In this document: one piece after another, positions 53,019 to 63,162 of the stretch | Numbering within the stretch: the first letter of the stretch is position 1 | How the letters are laid out: every line of letters starts with the position of its first letter | Origin: an uncultured Prochlorococcus sp. | GTDB lineage: Bacteria; Cyanobacteriota; Cyanobacteriia; PCC-6307; Cyanobiaceae | Length of the DNA stretch: 64,000 nt | Direction: 5' to 3' | Assembly (NCBI GenBank): GCA_902626435.1 | Contig: CACOFO010000002.1 | Coordinates: forward strand, 24,275-88,274 | Made by a program: the position numbers and the translations under genes | The notes under the pieces: model-generated | Told to the model about the DNA's origin: nothing | Seen by the model: the letters and a program-made list of their open reading frames with translations, nothing else | Databases searched by the model: none

Positions 53019-54287
53019 TTAGCTTTTAGGAAGAATAATTTTAACACGATCAATTTTCGGACCCGACATAGAAATAACTTCAAATTTAATTTGATTAAAA
53101 TCTAAAACGTCGCCAATTTTTGGTACCATTTGAAATTTTTCTAGCAGAAATCCAGCAAGGGTATGGTAGTCTGTACCTTCTGGAATTGAACATCTTAATT
53201 TTTTATTGATATCTATAATTTCTGATTTTCCAGCTATTGACCATTTTCTTGAGAAATTATCTAACATTTTCATGTCTGAATAAATTCTACTATTGAGCAT
53301 TTCCTCTCCAACTATTTCTCCATTTAAATCAGCTGCAGTTATGAGACCCTCTGTGCCCCCGTGTTCATCTACTACTAGTAAGAAAGGATTATATTCTCTG
53401 ACTATTGGCAAGATTTCTGCAAGAGAACTTGTTTCTATTATTTTTGTGACTGGCAAAAGGAAGGGTTCCAATAAAGTATCGGCTTCCATTTCACCTTTTG
53501 ATATTGGTTTAGCTAAATAACGCAAATCTAATACACCTAATACATCATCTAGAGACTCGTCAATGACAAAGAAGCGTGCATGTCGAGTTTTGTCTACTTG
53601 TTTCATAAGTTCTGAAAACGTTATGTTTTTTGGCAAAGTTACCATTTCAGATCTTGGAATCATTACTTCCTTTACCTGCGTATCTTTTAAAGCAAAAACC
53701 CCTTCAAGAATATTTTTCTCATCAGGCTTTAAACCTGTCACATTATCTGTTTCTATAAGAGTTTCCAATTCGCTTGCAGATAAACCAGAATTTAAAGAAT
53801 CCCATTTGTTATTTAAATTAAATAAACCTAAACAGGCGCTGGCAAAGAATTCGATTATCTTAACTATAGGTTGCATACCTTTTCTTACTGCATCGAATAT
53901 GGTGGTTAACCTTAATGCAGCAGATTCTGGATTGTTAATTACTAGAGCTTTAGGAATTAGTCCGGATACAAGAGTAACTACAAAAACCACAAATAAAAAT
54001 AGTAGAAGATCATAAAATCTATTTGGCAATATATTTCTTTTCCAATAATCATTTGCCAAGCTATTGGTAAGCCATCCAATAGCAATCAATGAAATTGTTA
54101 CTCCAAATTGAGAGGCAATTAAGGAGGATCTAAATCGTTTTTGAATTTTTAGAATTGAAAATGCCCCTTTCTTTTTTTCTTCTATTAGCCTTAAAACTTT
54201 GCTTGGTCTGATCAATAAAAAAGAGAGTTCACTTGCCGCGAAAAAAGCTGGGAAAAATAAAATAAATAAAAGTAGAGTTATTTTCAT
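53019..54287 (-). CDS. CNNM/CBS/CorC domain membrane protein (hemolysin/TlyC family)
   Basis: FFAASE TM domain, EVMIPR, VVDEHGGTEG, YHTLAGF. Confidence 0.9.
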   Translation of the reverse strand: MKITLLLFILFFPAFFAASELSFLLIRPSKVLRLIEEKKKGAFSILKIQKRFRSSLIASQFGVTISLIAIGWLTNSLANDYWKRNILPNRFYDLLLFLFVVFVVTLVSGLIPKALVINNPESAALRLTTIFDAVRKGMQPIVKIIEFFASACLGLFNLNNKWDSLNSGLSASELETLIETDNVTGLKPDEKNILEGVFALKDTQVKEVMIPRSEMVTLPKNITFSELMKQVDKTRHARFFVIDESLDDVLGVLDLRYLAKPISKGEMEADTLLEPFLLPVTKIIETSSLAEILPIVREYNPFLLVVDEHGGTEGLITAADLNGEIVGEEMLNSRIYSDMKMLDNFSRKWSIAGKSEIIDINKKLRCSIPEGTDYHTLAGFLLEKFQMVPKIGDVLDFNQIKFEVISMSGPKIDRVKIILPKS

Positions 54288-54305
54288 CCAATGATAAATA
54301 ATTAA

Positions 54306-54378
54306 TGGGGGTGGCGAGGATCGAACTCGCCTAAGCCAAATTATGAGTTTGGTGCATTCACCAGATTGCTACACCCCC
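54306..54378 (-). tRNA. tRNA with CAT anticodon, probably tRNA-Ile2 (lysidine) rather than Met
   Basis: GGGGGTG/CACCCCC-A acceptor stem; anticodon arm CCAAA-CTCATAA-TTTGG; lacks initiator features (no GGG/CCC anticodon stem, 1:72 paired); Ile2 versus elongator Met is inferred. Confidence 0.9.
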
Positions 54379-54518
54379 CGGGAAATTATGTAGTTTTAAT
54401 TACATTGAATTTCAATATACAATATAAAAATAATATTTCAAAAAACACCACATTAGGAAGTTTTTGTGAGATTTCTTTTTTTTCTTCTAATCTTTAAATA
54501 TAAATTTAACTTCTACTA

Positions 54519-55079
54519 ATGGATAATTTTTCTGAAAAGTATGACATAAATAAAGCAAAATTGTTAAAACAGTTAATTGAAAAATCTTACAAGAGAGGAG
54601 ACTTCACTTTATCTTCAGGAAAAAAAAGCAGTCATTACTTGAACTGTAAACCTGTATCATTAAATGGCAGAGGCCTAAACTTAATAAGTGATTTATTTTT
54701 AGAGTTAAAAGACTCAAGGTCAAAAGCTGTAGCAGGATTGACATTAGGCGCAGATCCTATAGTAAGTGGATTAATTGTCAAAGCAGCTTTGCAAGGCTTA
54801 GACTTAAATGGTTTAATAATTCGTAAAGAAATTAAAAAATACGGAACCAAAGCTGGAATAGAAGGACCTATCTTAGAAAAAGGTACCTTGGTAACTGTCT
54901 TGGAGGATGTTGTTACAACTGCTGGTTCAGTAATAAAAGCTATAAATAAGCTACGAGAAAATAATTATGTTGTTGAGGAGGTTTTGTCAATAGTTGATAG
55001 GCAAGAGGGAGGGTGTGAAGCTCTTTGCGATGAAAATGTTAAATTAAAAAGTCTTTTTACAATTAAAGACTTTTTATAA
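54519..55079 (+). CDS. pyrE: Orotate phosphoribosyltransferase
   Basis: [31 protein letters not shown]. Confidence 0.95.
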   Translation: MDNFSEKYDINKAKLLKQLIEKSYKRGDFTLSSGKKSSHYLNCKPVSLNGRGLNLISDLFLELKDSRSKAVAGLTLGADPIVSGLIVKAALQGLDLNGLIIRKEIKKYGTKAGIEGPILEKGTLVTVLEDVVTTAGSVIKAINKLRENNYVVEEVLSIVDRQEGGCEALCDENVKLKSLFTIKDFL

Positions 55080-55089
55080 TTATCTCAGA

Positions 55090-55926
55090 ATGCAAGATAT
55101 AAAAAAACAGTTTTGGCTTGAAAAATTTCATTGTTTTTCTGTTAATGGAAAAGATGCCAGAAAATTTTTGAATGGAATAACAACTAGTAATATTCTAAAT
55201 TCAGAAAATAAAGTTATCAAAACTTGTTGGCTCACTCCAAGTGGAGTTCTAAGGTCATTAATTGAAATTATTTTTTTAGAAAGAAACTTAGAAGTAATTA
55301 TCTTGGCGGGAAACACTGATGAAATATTTGATTATTTTAATAAAATTATTTTTCCAGCGGACGATGTATCACTAAGTGAACCTTTCTTGATCAATAGAAT
55401 TCAGGAAATTGATCAATCTAGTTCATGGAGAACTTACCTGCCTATTTTCTTTAGAACAGAAGATAAAGAATTTGAAATATATAAAAATAAACTAAATTTA
55501 CTGAATCCCAATGATTTAAAACTTTGGAAGATTAATCAGGCAATACCCTCTTTAGGAATGGAAATAAACGCAAAAAATAATCCTCTTGAGCTTGGATTAA
55601 AAGATCTTATAGATTTTAATAAAGGTTGTTATTTAGGACAAGAAACGATGTCAAAAATAAAAAATGTTTCGTCTTTAAAACAAGAAATAAGAATTTGGAA
55701 ATCATTGGAATCTAATTTGAATGTAGATGTTGAAGATAAGAATTTATATATAAATTCTGCTAAAGATATTTCTGTAGGCAAAATCACTAGTATTTTTAAA
55801 TCAGATTCTCAAATAAAAGGCTTAGCAATGATAAAAAGAAAATATTTGGAAGAAGGAAGTTATTTTTTTTCAGAAATTTTTGGAAAAATTATTATCAATA
55901 AATCTGTAGGATCAATTTTTCTTTAA
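55090..55926 (+). CDS. ygfZ: Folate-binding Fe-S maturation protein YgfZ
   Basis: KGCYLGQE signature; G.DARKFLNG. Confidence 0.9.
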   Translation: MQDIKKQFWLEKFHCFSVNGKDARKFLNGITTSNILNSENKVIKTCWLTPSGVLRSLIEIIFLERNLEVIILAGNTDEIFDYFNKIIFPADDVSLSEPFLINRIQEIDQSSSWRTYLPIFFRTEDKEFEIYKNKLNLLNPNDLKLWKINQAIPSLGMEINAKNNPLELGLKDLIDFNKGCYLGQETMSKIKNVSSLKQEIRIWKSLESNLNVDVEDKNLYINSAKDISVGKITSIFKSDSQIKGLAMIKRKYLEEGSYFFSEIFGKIIINKSVGSIFL

Positions 55927-57329
55927 TGATTTTTGACTAAATATTCTGCAATTTGTAGAGTAGCCAAACAATCATCTTTATTATATTGGATAATTTTTTT
56001 TAAAAATATTTCGTTTTCTGTAATTTGATATTGAATCCACCAATAAAGGGCTTTCGAGCCACTTACATTTTTTTGCGCCCATTTAAATCCAAGCCAATTA
56101 GAAACTGTTTTTAAGCCATAGTTTTTTAGTGGCAATATCCAAGACTTTCTTATTAAGGTATGTAAGTCTATAAATCTTGAGGAAAGTGAATCAATTTCTT
56201 CAAAACTAAAATTTAATTCTTTAGCAATATTAATTATTGCTATTTTTTCAGTTTCTCCGTAGTGTAAGACTGACCACTCCTTGTTTGAAAAAAGTATTTT
56301 AATAATTTGCTTGTAAGATTCTCCTTTACTTTTTTTGAGATTTAAGATTGGCTCATAAATAAGATCTGCTTTTTTTGTAAATAAATTATTTATTTTTAAG
56401 AAACCATATAAAAAGTCATGCTTATCGTCTGGATTTGATTCAATATCAAATATATAAAATCCTGAACTTGTTTTTTTTAATAGATCGTAAGTATCTTTTT
56501 TATTTGAAATGCAATATGGTTCCCCAGAAACATAGGCTTGTGCTTGTTTTACAAATATGGAGGCTTTTTCATACTTTTGATCGTTGAATTTAGATAATTT
56601 CTCTCCAAGTTTTTTTTCGCCATACGAAGCTAATGTTTGGGCATTAGATATACCATTTGTTTTGAGTAATAAGGCTGTCTTGGATCCTATTCCGTCTATA
56701 TCTGTTAGATATCCATTTTCTTTTGCTTCTTTGTCACAAAATTTTTGCCATGAACAAATAGTACATTTTTTTCTATCTTGAGTTATCTCTGGGATAACTC
56801 CTTCCAAGCATTCATTCAAACTTAAAAAAATATTCAAAACTTTTTTTCTTAATTTTTTATTAAAATAGATTTCTTCAACATTAACTTTATTAAAGGAACT
56901 TGAAATTACTAATCCTTTTTCAATTTTAGATTCTTGAAAATTTCCCAGTAGAATAGAACTAAAAGTTAGGTCAAATAAATGTTCTTTAGTTGTTTTATGG
57001 CCTAATTTATAAACAGCAGGCAAATAAGTATATGATCCCCATTTACTTATACCTTTAGTCTTTACAAGTAATTGTGGTCTGATCTCTGCTTTAATATTTT
57101 TGAAAAAATTCCCTTTGATTTTTAATCCAATTACCCCTTGATAACCATTTTTGCATGCTTTTAATCCTGTATATATTTCACCATTACATAATTTAGAGAA
57201 AATTTGAAACTGATTAATTTTATCTATAGCTTTATGCGGAGACCAAACTTCATAAGATTTTTTACCCTTAAAATCTAGCCATGCTTTTCTTTTACATCTT
57301 ATAAAACTTTTTAAGTAAAGAGTATTCAA
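55923..57329 (-). CDS. TM0106 family RecB-like putative nuclease
   Basis: RCKRKAWL...CTICSWQKFC, HhH motif IDGIG, C-terminal FDIE...HYG...DLH...YNKDDC. Confidence 0.85.
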   Translation of the reverse strand: MNTLYLKSFIRCKRKAWLDFKGKKSYEVWSPHKAIDKINQFQIFSKLCNGEIYTGLKACKNGYQGVIGLKIKGNFFKNIKAEIRPQLLVKTKGISKWGSYTYLPAVYKLGHKTTKEHLFDLTFSSILLGNFQESKIEKGLVISSSFNKVNVEEIYFNKKLRKKVLNIFLSLNECLEGVIPEITQDRKKCTICSWQKFCDKEAKENGYLTDIDGIGSKTALLLKTNGISNAQTLASYGEKKLGEKLSKFNDQKYEKASIFVKQAQAYVSGEPYCISNKKDTYDLLKKTSSGFYIFDIESNPDDKHDFLYGFLKINNLFTKKADLIYEPILNLKKSKGESYKQIIKILFSNKEWSVLHYGETEKIAIINIAKELNFSFEEIDSLSSRFIDLHTLIRKSWILPLKNYGLKTVSNWLGFKWAQKNVSGSKALYWWIQYQITENEIFLKKIIQYNKDDCLATLQIAEYLVKNH

Positions 57330-57407
57330 ATTAATTTGTTGGTGGTTTTAAATTTAACTAATATAAATTAATATAGATAATTAAAAGAAATCGAGGAAGT
57401 CTTCAAT

Positions 57408-58862
57408 TTGCAAGGTGACACATTAGAAAATATAAAATTTGGAACTGATGGTTGGAGAGGAATAATTGGATTTGATTTTAACCTTTCCAATCTTTCAAGA
57501 GTTGTTGTAGCTGCCTGCCAAGAGTTGCATTATCAATACTATAAAGAAGTTAATTCAAAGAAAATTTTAGTTGGATATGATCGTAGATTTATGGCAAGGG
57601 AATTTGCTAAGCAAATAGTCCCTTTTGTAAGAGGATGTGGTTTTGAACCATTATTATCTAATAGCTTTGTTACAACTCCCTCTTGCAGTTTCTATGCCAA
57701 AGAAATGGCTTGTTTAGGAGCTTTAGTAATTACAGCAAGTCATAATCCATATAATTGGCTGGGTCTGAAAATAAAGAGCTTTAATGGATGTTCAGTTGAC
57801 GAATCTTTTACAAGTGAAATTGAAAAAAGATTAATGCTTGGAAATTCAATTGAAAAAATAGATGATGACAATCAATTAGTAGATATTAAGAATTTTCATT
57901 TGAATAGAATCAAATCCCTTTTTGATATTGACTTTATTACCAATAGATTGAAAAAAATGAAATTAAGAATTTTTGTAGATTCTATGCACGGTTCAGCTGC
58001 AAATTGTATGACTGATATTTTTGCGTCTAATGATTCAGAAGTTATTTCAGAAATCAGAAAAGATAGTGATCCTTTTTTTGGCGGAAAACCTCCTGAACCT
58101 CTTTTTAATTATGTAGATGATTTAAATCAAATACTCATCAAAAATTCAACAAATGAAGTGAAAACTCTAGGAATTATATTTGATGGTGATGGCGATAGAA
58201 TTGCTGTAATTGATGAAAAAGGGAGATACTCAAGTACACAAGATTTACTGCCGTACTTTATTCACTATTTGGGCGAAATTAAAAATAATTCTTATCCAGT
58301 TTTAAAGACTGTTAGTGGTTCAGATATTATTAAAAATATATCAGAGAGTCAAAATAGAGAGGTTTTTGAACTTCCAGTTGGCTTTAAATATATTGCTAAA
58401 AAAATGATAAAAGAGAAAATATTTATTGGAGGAGAGGAATCTGGGGGGGTTGGTTTTGGTGACTTTATGCCTGAAAGAGATGCTCTTTATGCCGCAATGG
58501 TTTTATTAAATGGAATTGCTGAAAAATCTCAATATCTATTCGAAACTTTAGATGAAATACAAAAAGATTTTGGGCCAAGTTTCTATAAAAGAATTGATAT
58601 TAAATTTCCAAATCAGTCAGAAAAAATTTCTGTAGAAGAATTTATAATAAATAACATTCCTGAGAATATTAATAATCATAAGTTAAAAAGTTTCTCAAAG
58701 ATCGATGGAATAAAGTTGAGAATTAATAAAAATTTTTGGCTTCTTTTTAGGTTTTCAGGAACTGAACCTCTTTTAAGGTTGTATTGTGAAGCACCAAAAA
58801 AATCTTATCTCAATGAGGTATTAGAGTGGGGTCAAGAATTTATAAATTTGGCAAGCAAATAA
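57408..58862 (+). CDS. Phosphoglucomutase/phosphomannomutase
   Basis: FGTDGWRG, TASHNP, DGDGDR, GGEESGG, RFSGTEP. Confidence 0.92.
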   Translation: MQGDTLENIKFGTDGWRGIIGFDFNLSNLSRVVVAACQELHYQYYKEVNSKKILVGYDRRFMAREFAKQIVPFVRGCGFEPLLSNSFVTTPSCSFYAKEMACLGALVITASHNPYNWLGLKIKSFNGCSVDESFTSEIEKRLMLGNSIEKIDDDNQLVDIKNFHLNRIKSLFDIDFITNRLKKMKLRIFVDSMHGSAANCMTDIFASNDSEVISEIRKDSDPFFGGKPPEPLFNYVDDLNQILIKNSTNEVKTLGIIFDGDGDRIAVIDEKGRYSSTQDLLPYFIHYLGEIKNNSYPVLKTVSGSDIIKNISESQNREVFELPVGFKYIAKKMIKEKIFIGGEESGGVGFGDFMPERDALYAAMVLLNGIAEKSQYLFETLDEIQKDFGPSFYKRIDIKFPNQSEKISVEEFIINNIPENINNHKLKSFSKIDGIKLRINKNFWLLFRFSGTEPLLRLYCEAPKKSYLNEVLEWGQEFINLASK

Positions 58863-58864
58863 GG

Positions 58865-59440
58865 ATGAAAAATTTATATTTAGCAAGTAAGAATAAAGGT
58901 AAAATCACAGAATATAATAAATTGCTGGCTGGAGTTAATTGTAAATTATTACTTCAGCCAGAATCATTAGAAGTTAATGAGGATGGGCTGACATTTAGAG
59001 ATAATGCAATTAAAAAAGCGAGTGAAGTTTCGATAAAAACAAATAATTTCTCAATAGCAGATGATTCTGGAATTTGTATTGAAGCATTAGATGGGAAACC
59101 AGGTATTTATTCATCAAGATATGCAGAAAATGATCAGAAGAGAATTGAACGAGTTTTAAAAGAACTTGATGGAGTTCAAAATAGAAGTGCTTTCTTTATT
59201 GCTAATATTTGTGTTTGTTCCCCAAATGGCGTAGTCATTATAGAATCTGAAGCTAAATGTTATGGCAAAATTATTTTCAATCCTAGAGGAAAAGGTGGTT
59301 TTGGGTATGACCCTATTTTTGAGGAGAGTTCTACCGGATTAACTTTCGCAGAGATGAATAATGATATTAAAGACTCATTTAGTCATAGAGGTAAAGCATT
59401 AAAAAAAATTATTCCAGATTTAATTGAAATTTTTTCTTAA
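58865..59440 (+). CDS. rdgB: dITP/XTP pyrophosphatase (RdgB/HAM1)
   Basis: ASKNKGK, ADDSG, GFGYDPIF, SHRGKA; start placed at MKNLYL. Confidence 0.94.
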   Translation: MKNLYLASKNKGKITEYNKLLAGVNCKLLLQPESLEVNEDGLTFRDNAIKKASEVSIKTNNFSIADDSGICIEALDGKPGIYSSRYAENDQKRIERVLKELDGVQNRSAFFIANICVCSPNGVVIIESEAKCYGKIIFNPRGKGGFGYDPIFEESSTGLTFAEMNNDIKDSFSHRGKALKKIIPDLIEIFS

Positions 59441-59442
59441 AT

Positions 59443-60927
59443 TCAATTAAACCAAGATCCATGAAGGCCATGGGGAATTGAAATGGGTAATTCATAAACA
59501 GCTAATTCTCTTAGGTCTTGCGCGTCTAATATCACTAAATCGCTTCCTCTTCGTTCTCCGTTCCACAGAAGTATAAATAAAAATCCTTCATCTTCTTTAG
59601 AAGAGTTTTCTGATGGAACCATAATTGGTTCACTAACAAATCCACTTGGACCGGCAGACCAATAAATTTCTTTCTTTGAAATTAAATTTATTTTTTTTAT
59701 TGCTTGAAGTGGGGCGTTACCCAGCTTTTGAAATGTGCTTGCCATCCAACTAAAAGTTGCTGTTAATCCTAAATTTTTAGGATTAACAACAGCAAATTCA
59801 CAACATTGTTCGCTTATAGTTTCAAGTTCACTAGTTTTTTTCTTTAGATCGATAATTGATCTTTTCAGTTTTCCTTCTGGATATTTATCAAAGTTAATAT
59901 CCCTGAAATTCTCGTCTGGACCAACTGATGGGAAATCATCATAAAAAATACTATCTAATACGATTTTGGAATCTTTTTCAAATGCATTTACATGATGAAA
60001 AACGAATCCTTGGGGAGCATCTATTGTTAATGGTGGCTGACCTCTAAATAATCCACTTTCTCTGGGGATGATAAAAAACTTTGCCTTTTTATTTGGATTA
60101 GACTTTAAACATTGTGCTGCCCCTCTTTGGCCCATTACAAATGGAAGAGGATTGAAATCAATAGCATTTTGTAAGAATATTGCCCAATTAGATGTAATTG
60201 CGAAATCATGAAGGAATGCGAAGCCATTAAAGGTATCTTTTCTGTCGACAACGAGCTCTCCAGGATTTTCACCAGCATTATTAAATTCCATTAATCTAAT
60301 GGTACTTTTTGGACCGGTTTGCACTCCAAAAGTGACTAAAAGTTCTGAAGATGAATTTGAATTAAGGTCTATCTTGGGATGCGCACTGAATGCTTCGTTA
60401 GGCTTGAGTACCCCCTTCAATGTTGTTAAACCAATAGTGTCAAGACTATCAGGATCCATTGCATGTGGACCAGCTGCTTCCCATAATGCGAGAATTTCAT
60501 CTCCTAGTTTAACGACATGAGTATTAGCGATATTCTTGAATTTTAGATCTAATGCATTATTTAAAATTCCTCCTTTTTTTTGAGTCCCAAAAACACCTCT
60601 ATAAATAAATTTATTTACTTTTTTTTCTTCTATATAGCCTTTAGTTTTAACGAATCTATTTGTTAAGTATGGCTGACCATTTTCGAATTTTATGGATGTG
60701 ATCATACCATCACCATCAAATGGATGATGAACCCATTGTCCACCTCTCTCTAATATCCCAGGACCATTTCTTAGTAATGTTCCATTTAAATTTTTAATAT
60801 TCTCACCTTTGCTAATTGTTAGTGGCTCTCTAGTTAGCTCCTTTTCTACATTTTGGTAGGCACTGGACCAATCTTCTTTATTAAAACTTTTAATTTTGTC
60901 AATTTTTTTATCTTGTAAATTAGTCAC
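59443..60927 (-). CDS. Carotenoid cleavage oxygenase (RPE65 family)
   Basis: RNGPG, HPFDGDG, four His ligands (AHP, LHDF, FHH, LHG); start placed at GTG 60927, uncertain. Confidence 0.9.
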   Translation of the reverse strand: MTNLQDKKIDKIKSFNKEDWSSAYQNVEKELTREPLTISKGENIKNLNGTLLRNGPGILERGGQWVHHPFDGDGMITSIKFENGQPYLTNRFVKTKGYIEEKKVNKFIYRGVFGTQKKGGILNNALDLKFKNIANTHVVKLGDEILALWEAAGPHAMDPDSLDTIGLTTLKGVLKPNEAFSAHPKIDLNSNSSSELLVTFGVQTGPKSTIRLMEFNNAGENPGELVVDRKDTFNGFAFLHDFAITSNWAIFLQNAIDFNPLPFVMGQRGAAQCLKSNPNKKAKFFIIPRESGLFRGQPPLTIDAPQGFVFHHVNAFEKDSKIVLDSIFYDDFPSVGPDENFRDINFDKYPEGKLKRSIIDLKKKTSELETISEQCCEFAVVNPKNLGLTATFSWMASTFQKLGNAPLQAIKKINLISKKEIYWSAGPSGFVSEPIMVPSENSSKEDEGFLFILLWNGERRGSDLVILDAQDLRELAVYELPISIPHGLHGSWFN

Positions 60928-61001
60928 AACAAAATAATTACTTTGTCTATTTTCGCCAAAAATCAACTGAATTGTGGCTGATTCGAAAAAAAATTCCTAT
61001 T

Positions 61002-61607
61002 TTATTGATTCTCTAGCATTCCTTTACTGCTTGGAATTGAATCAGATCTTCTCAGATCTATTTCGGTGGCCATTCTCATTGCTCGTGAAAAAGCTTTAAA
61101 GCAAGCCTCAACTATATGATGTGAATTACTACCTCTTATTTGATTAATATGTAGAGTAATACCACTGTTATTTACAAAGGCAATAAAAAACTCTTTTACT
61201 AGTTCAGTGTCATAATTTCCTATTCTTGGAGCTTTTAATTGAAGATCATAAGATAGATGAGGTCTACCAGAACAGTCTAAAGTCACTTGAACTAATGCTT
61301 CATCTAATGGGGCAAAGAAATGTCCAAATCTGCTTATTCCTTTTCTTTCTCCCAAGGCTTTTGAAAATGCTTTGCCTAATGCGATTCCTACATCTTCATT
61401 AGTATGATGATCATCAATATGAGTATCTCCAATTGCTTTTATTTTTAAATCGAATAAACCATGACTGGATATTTGATGAAGCATATGATCTAAAAATGGT
61501 ACCCCGGTTTCAATTTCAGAAATCCCATTTCCATCTAAGTTTATAAATACAGAAATATCTGTTTCATTCGTTTTCCTTTTTATTAAAGATTGCCTTGGAG
61601 ATGACAT
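61002..61607 (-). CDS. hisB: Imidazoleglycerol-phosphate dehydratase
   Basis: [16 protein letters not shown]. Confidence 0.97.
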   Translation of the reverse strand: MSSPRQSLIKRKTNETDISVFINLDGNGISEIETGVPFLDHMLHQISSHGLFDLKIKAIGDTHIDDHHTNEDVGIALGKAFSKALGERKGISRFGHFFAPLDEALVQVTLDCSGRPHLSYDLQLKAPRIGNYDTELVKEFFIAFVNNSGITLHINQIRGSNSHHIVEACFKAFSRAMRMATEIDLRRSDSIPSSKGMLENQ

Positions 61608-61627
61608 TTTGATGCAAAAAACTTAGT

Positions 61628-62410
61628 TTACATTCCGTTAATGCAGTAACCCGCATCAACATAAATTGTTTGGCCTGAAATCCCGCTAGAGAGATCACTT
61701 AATAAAAAAGCAGCAGTATTACCTACTTCTGTTTGAGTGACTGTTCTGCGTAAAGGAGCCTTTTCTTCAACATTGTGAATCATATCTAAAATGCCACCTA
61801 TAGCTGAACTAGCAAGTGTTCTTATAGGTCCAGCACTTATTGCATTAACTCTAACTTGTTTTTCGGGCCCAAGTTCCGCAGAAAGATATCTTACTGAAGC
61901 TTCTAAAGCTGCTTTTGCAACTCCCATCACGTTATAGTTAGGAATCGCCCTCTCTGATCCTAAATAAGTTAATGAGACAACGCCGGCACCATCACTAAAA
62001 AGTGGTTTTGCTGCTTTACACAAAGGCGCTAATGAATACGCACTTATATTAAGAGCCCTATCAAAACCTTCTGAAGTGGTAGCACTATAATCTCCAATCA
62101 ATTCGTCGCGACCTGCAAATGCTAAGCAGTGAACTAATCCGTCAATTTGCCCCCAATTGTTTTTTACATTTTTAAAGATTTCTTCAATTTGAGCTGGATT
62201 TTGAACATCAAGAGGCAAAAATAACGATGGTTTTAATGGTTCAGTTAGTTCTCTAACCTTAGATTCGAATCTTCCCTTATCATCAGGCAAATATGTGATT
62301 CCAAGTTCTGCGCCAGCTTTTGAAAGTTGTTGAGCAATACCCCATGCTATTGAACGATTGTTGGCAATTCCTGTAACAAGAATTTTTTTGCCAGTAAGAT
62401 TTAGAAGCAT
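61628..62410 (-). CDS. fabI: Enoyl-ACP reductase
   Basis: GIANNRSIAWGI, YNVMGVAK, AGPIRTLA. Confidence 0.97.
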   Translation of the reverse strand: MLLNLTGKKILVTGIANNRSIAWGIAQQLSKAGAELGITYLPDDKGRFESKVRELTEPLKPSLFLPLDVQNPAQIEEIFKNVKNNWGQIDGLVHCLAFAGRDELIGDYSATTSEGFDRALNISAYSLAPLCKAAKPLFSDGAGVVSLTYLGSERAIPNYNVMGVAKAALEASVRYLSAELGPEKQVRVNAISAGPIRTLASSAIGGILDMIHNVEEKAPLRRTVTQTEVGNTAAFLLSDLSSGISGQTIYVDAGYCINGM

Positions 62411-62515
62411 TTTGTTTATTATTTATATTATTCTCCTATATAAAAGTACCTATCTTTACGGATTACTGCAAAATATACAATAATTTTCAAATATCAAAGA
62501 ATATTAAACTAAAAC

Positions 62516-63109
62516 ATGGTCAGAACAAATTCTATGGTTTTGGAATTGGGTTCTCAATTACCTAATTTCGAAATGTTAAATGCTAATTCTTCAAATAATG
62601 AATGTTTTAATTCTCATAATCTAGATAATAGGCATTTACTTTTAATGTTTATTTGTGCTCATTGCCCATTTGTTAAATATATTGAGAATCAAATTTTCAC
62701 CTTAAGTAAAGAAATTGAGAGTACAGTTCAAACAGTTGCAATTTCAAGTAATGATATTGTCACTCATCCTTCAGATTCTCCAAAAAATTTGAGATTGCAA
62801 GCACAATCGCAGGGATGGAGTTTTCCTTATCTATATGATGAAAATCAGAATTTTGCTAAGGAGTTAAAAGCGGCTTGTACCCCAGATTTTTATCTTTTTT
62901 CAAATGAAGGAGAGGGTAATTTTTTATTGTATTATCATGGGCAATTAGATGATAGTAGACCAGGTAATAATATCCCTCTCTCTGGTAAAGATTTGCGCTC
63001 TGCTGTGAGAGATTTAAATCAAGATAATTCTTATCCTTCAGATCAGATGCCGTCTTTAGGTTGCAATATTAAATGGACTCCTGGTAAAGAACCGAGTTGG
63101 TTTAAATGA
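62516..63109 (+). CDS. Thioredoxin-fold (AhpC/TSA-like) protein
   Basis: FICAHCPFV, AACTPDF, GQLDDSRP, GCNIKW. Confidence 0.88.
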   Translation: MVRTNSMVLELGSQLPNFEMLNANSSNNECFNSHNLDNRHLLLMFICAHCPFVKYIENQIFTLSKEIESTVQTVAISSNDIVTHPSDSPKNLRLQAQSQGWSFPYLYDENQNFAKELKAACTPDFYLFSNEGEGNFLLYYHGQLDDSRPGNNIPLSGKDLRSAVRDLNQDNSYPSDQMPSLGCNIKWTPGKEPSWFK

Positions 63110-63162
63110 ATTAAAAAATTTTTTTACCCATAGAAATATGGTTTAGGGTTAATATATTTACT

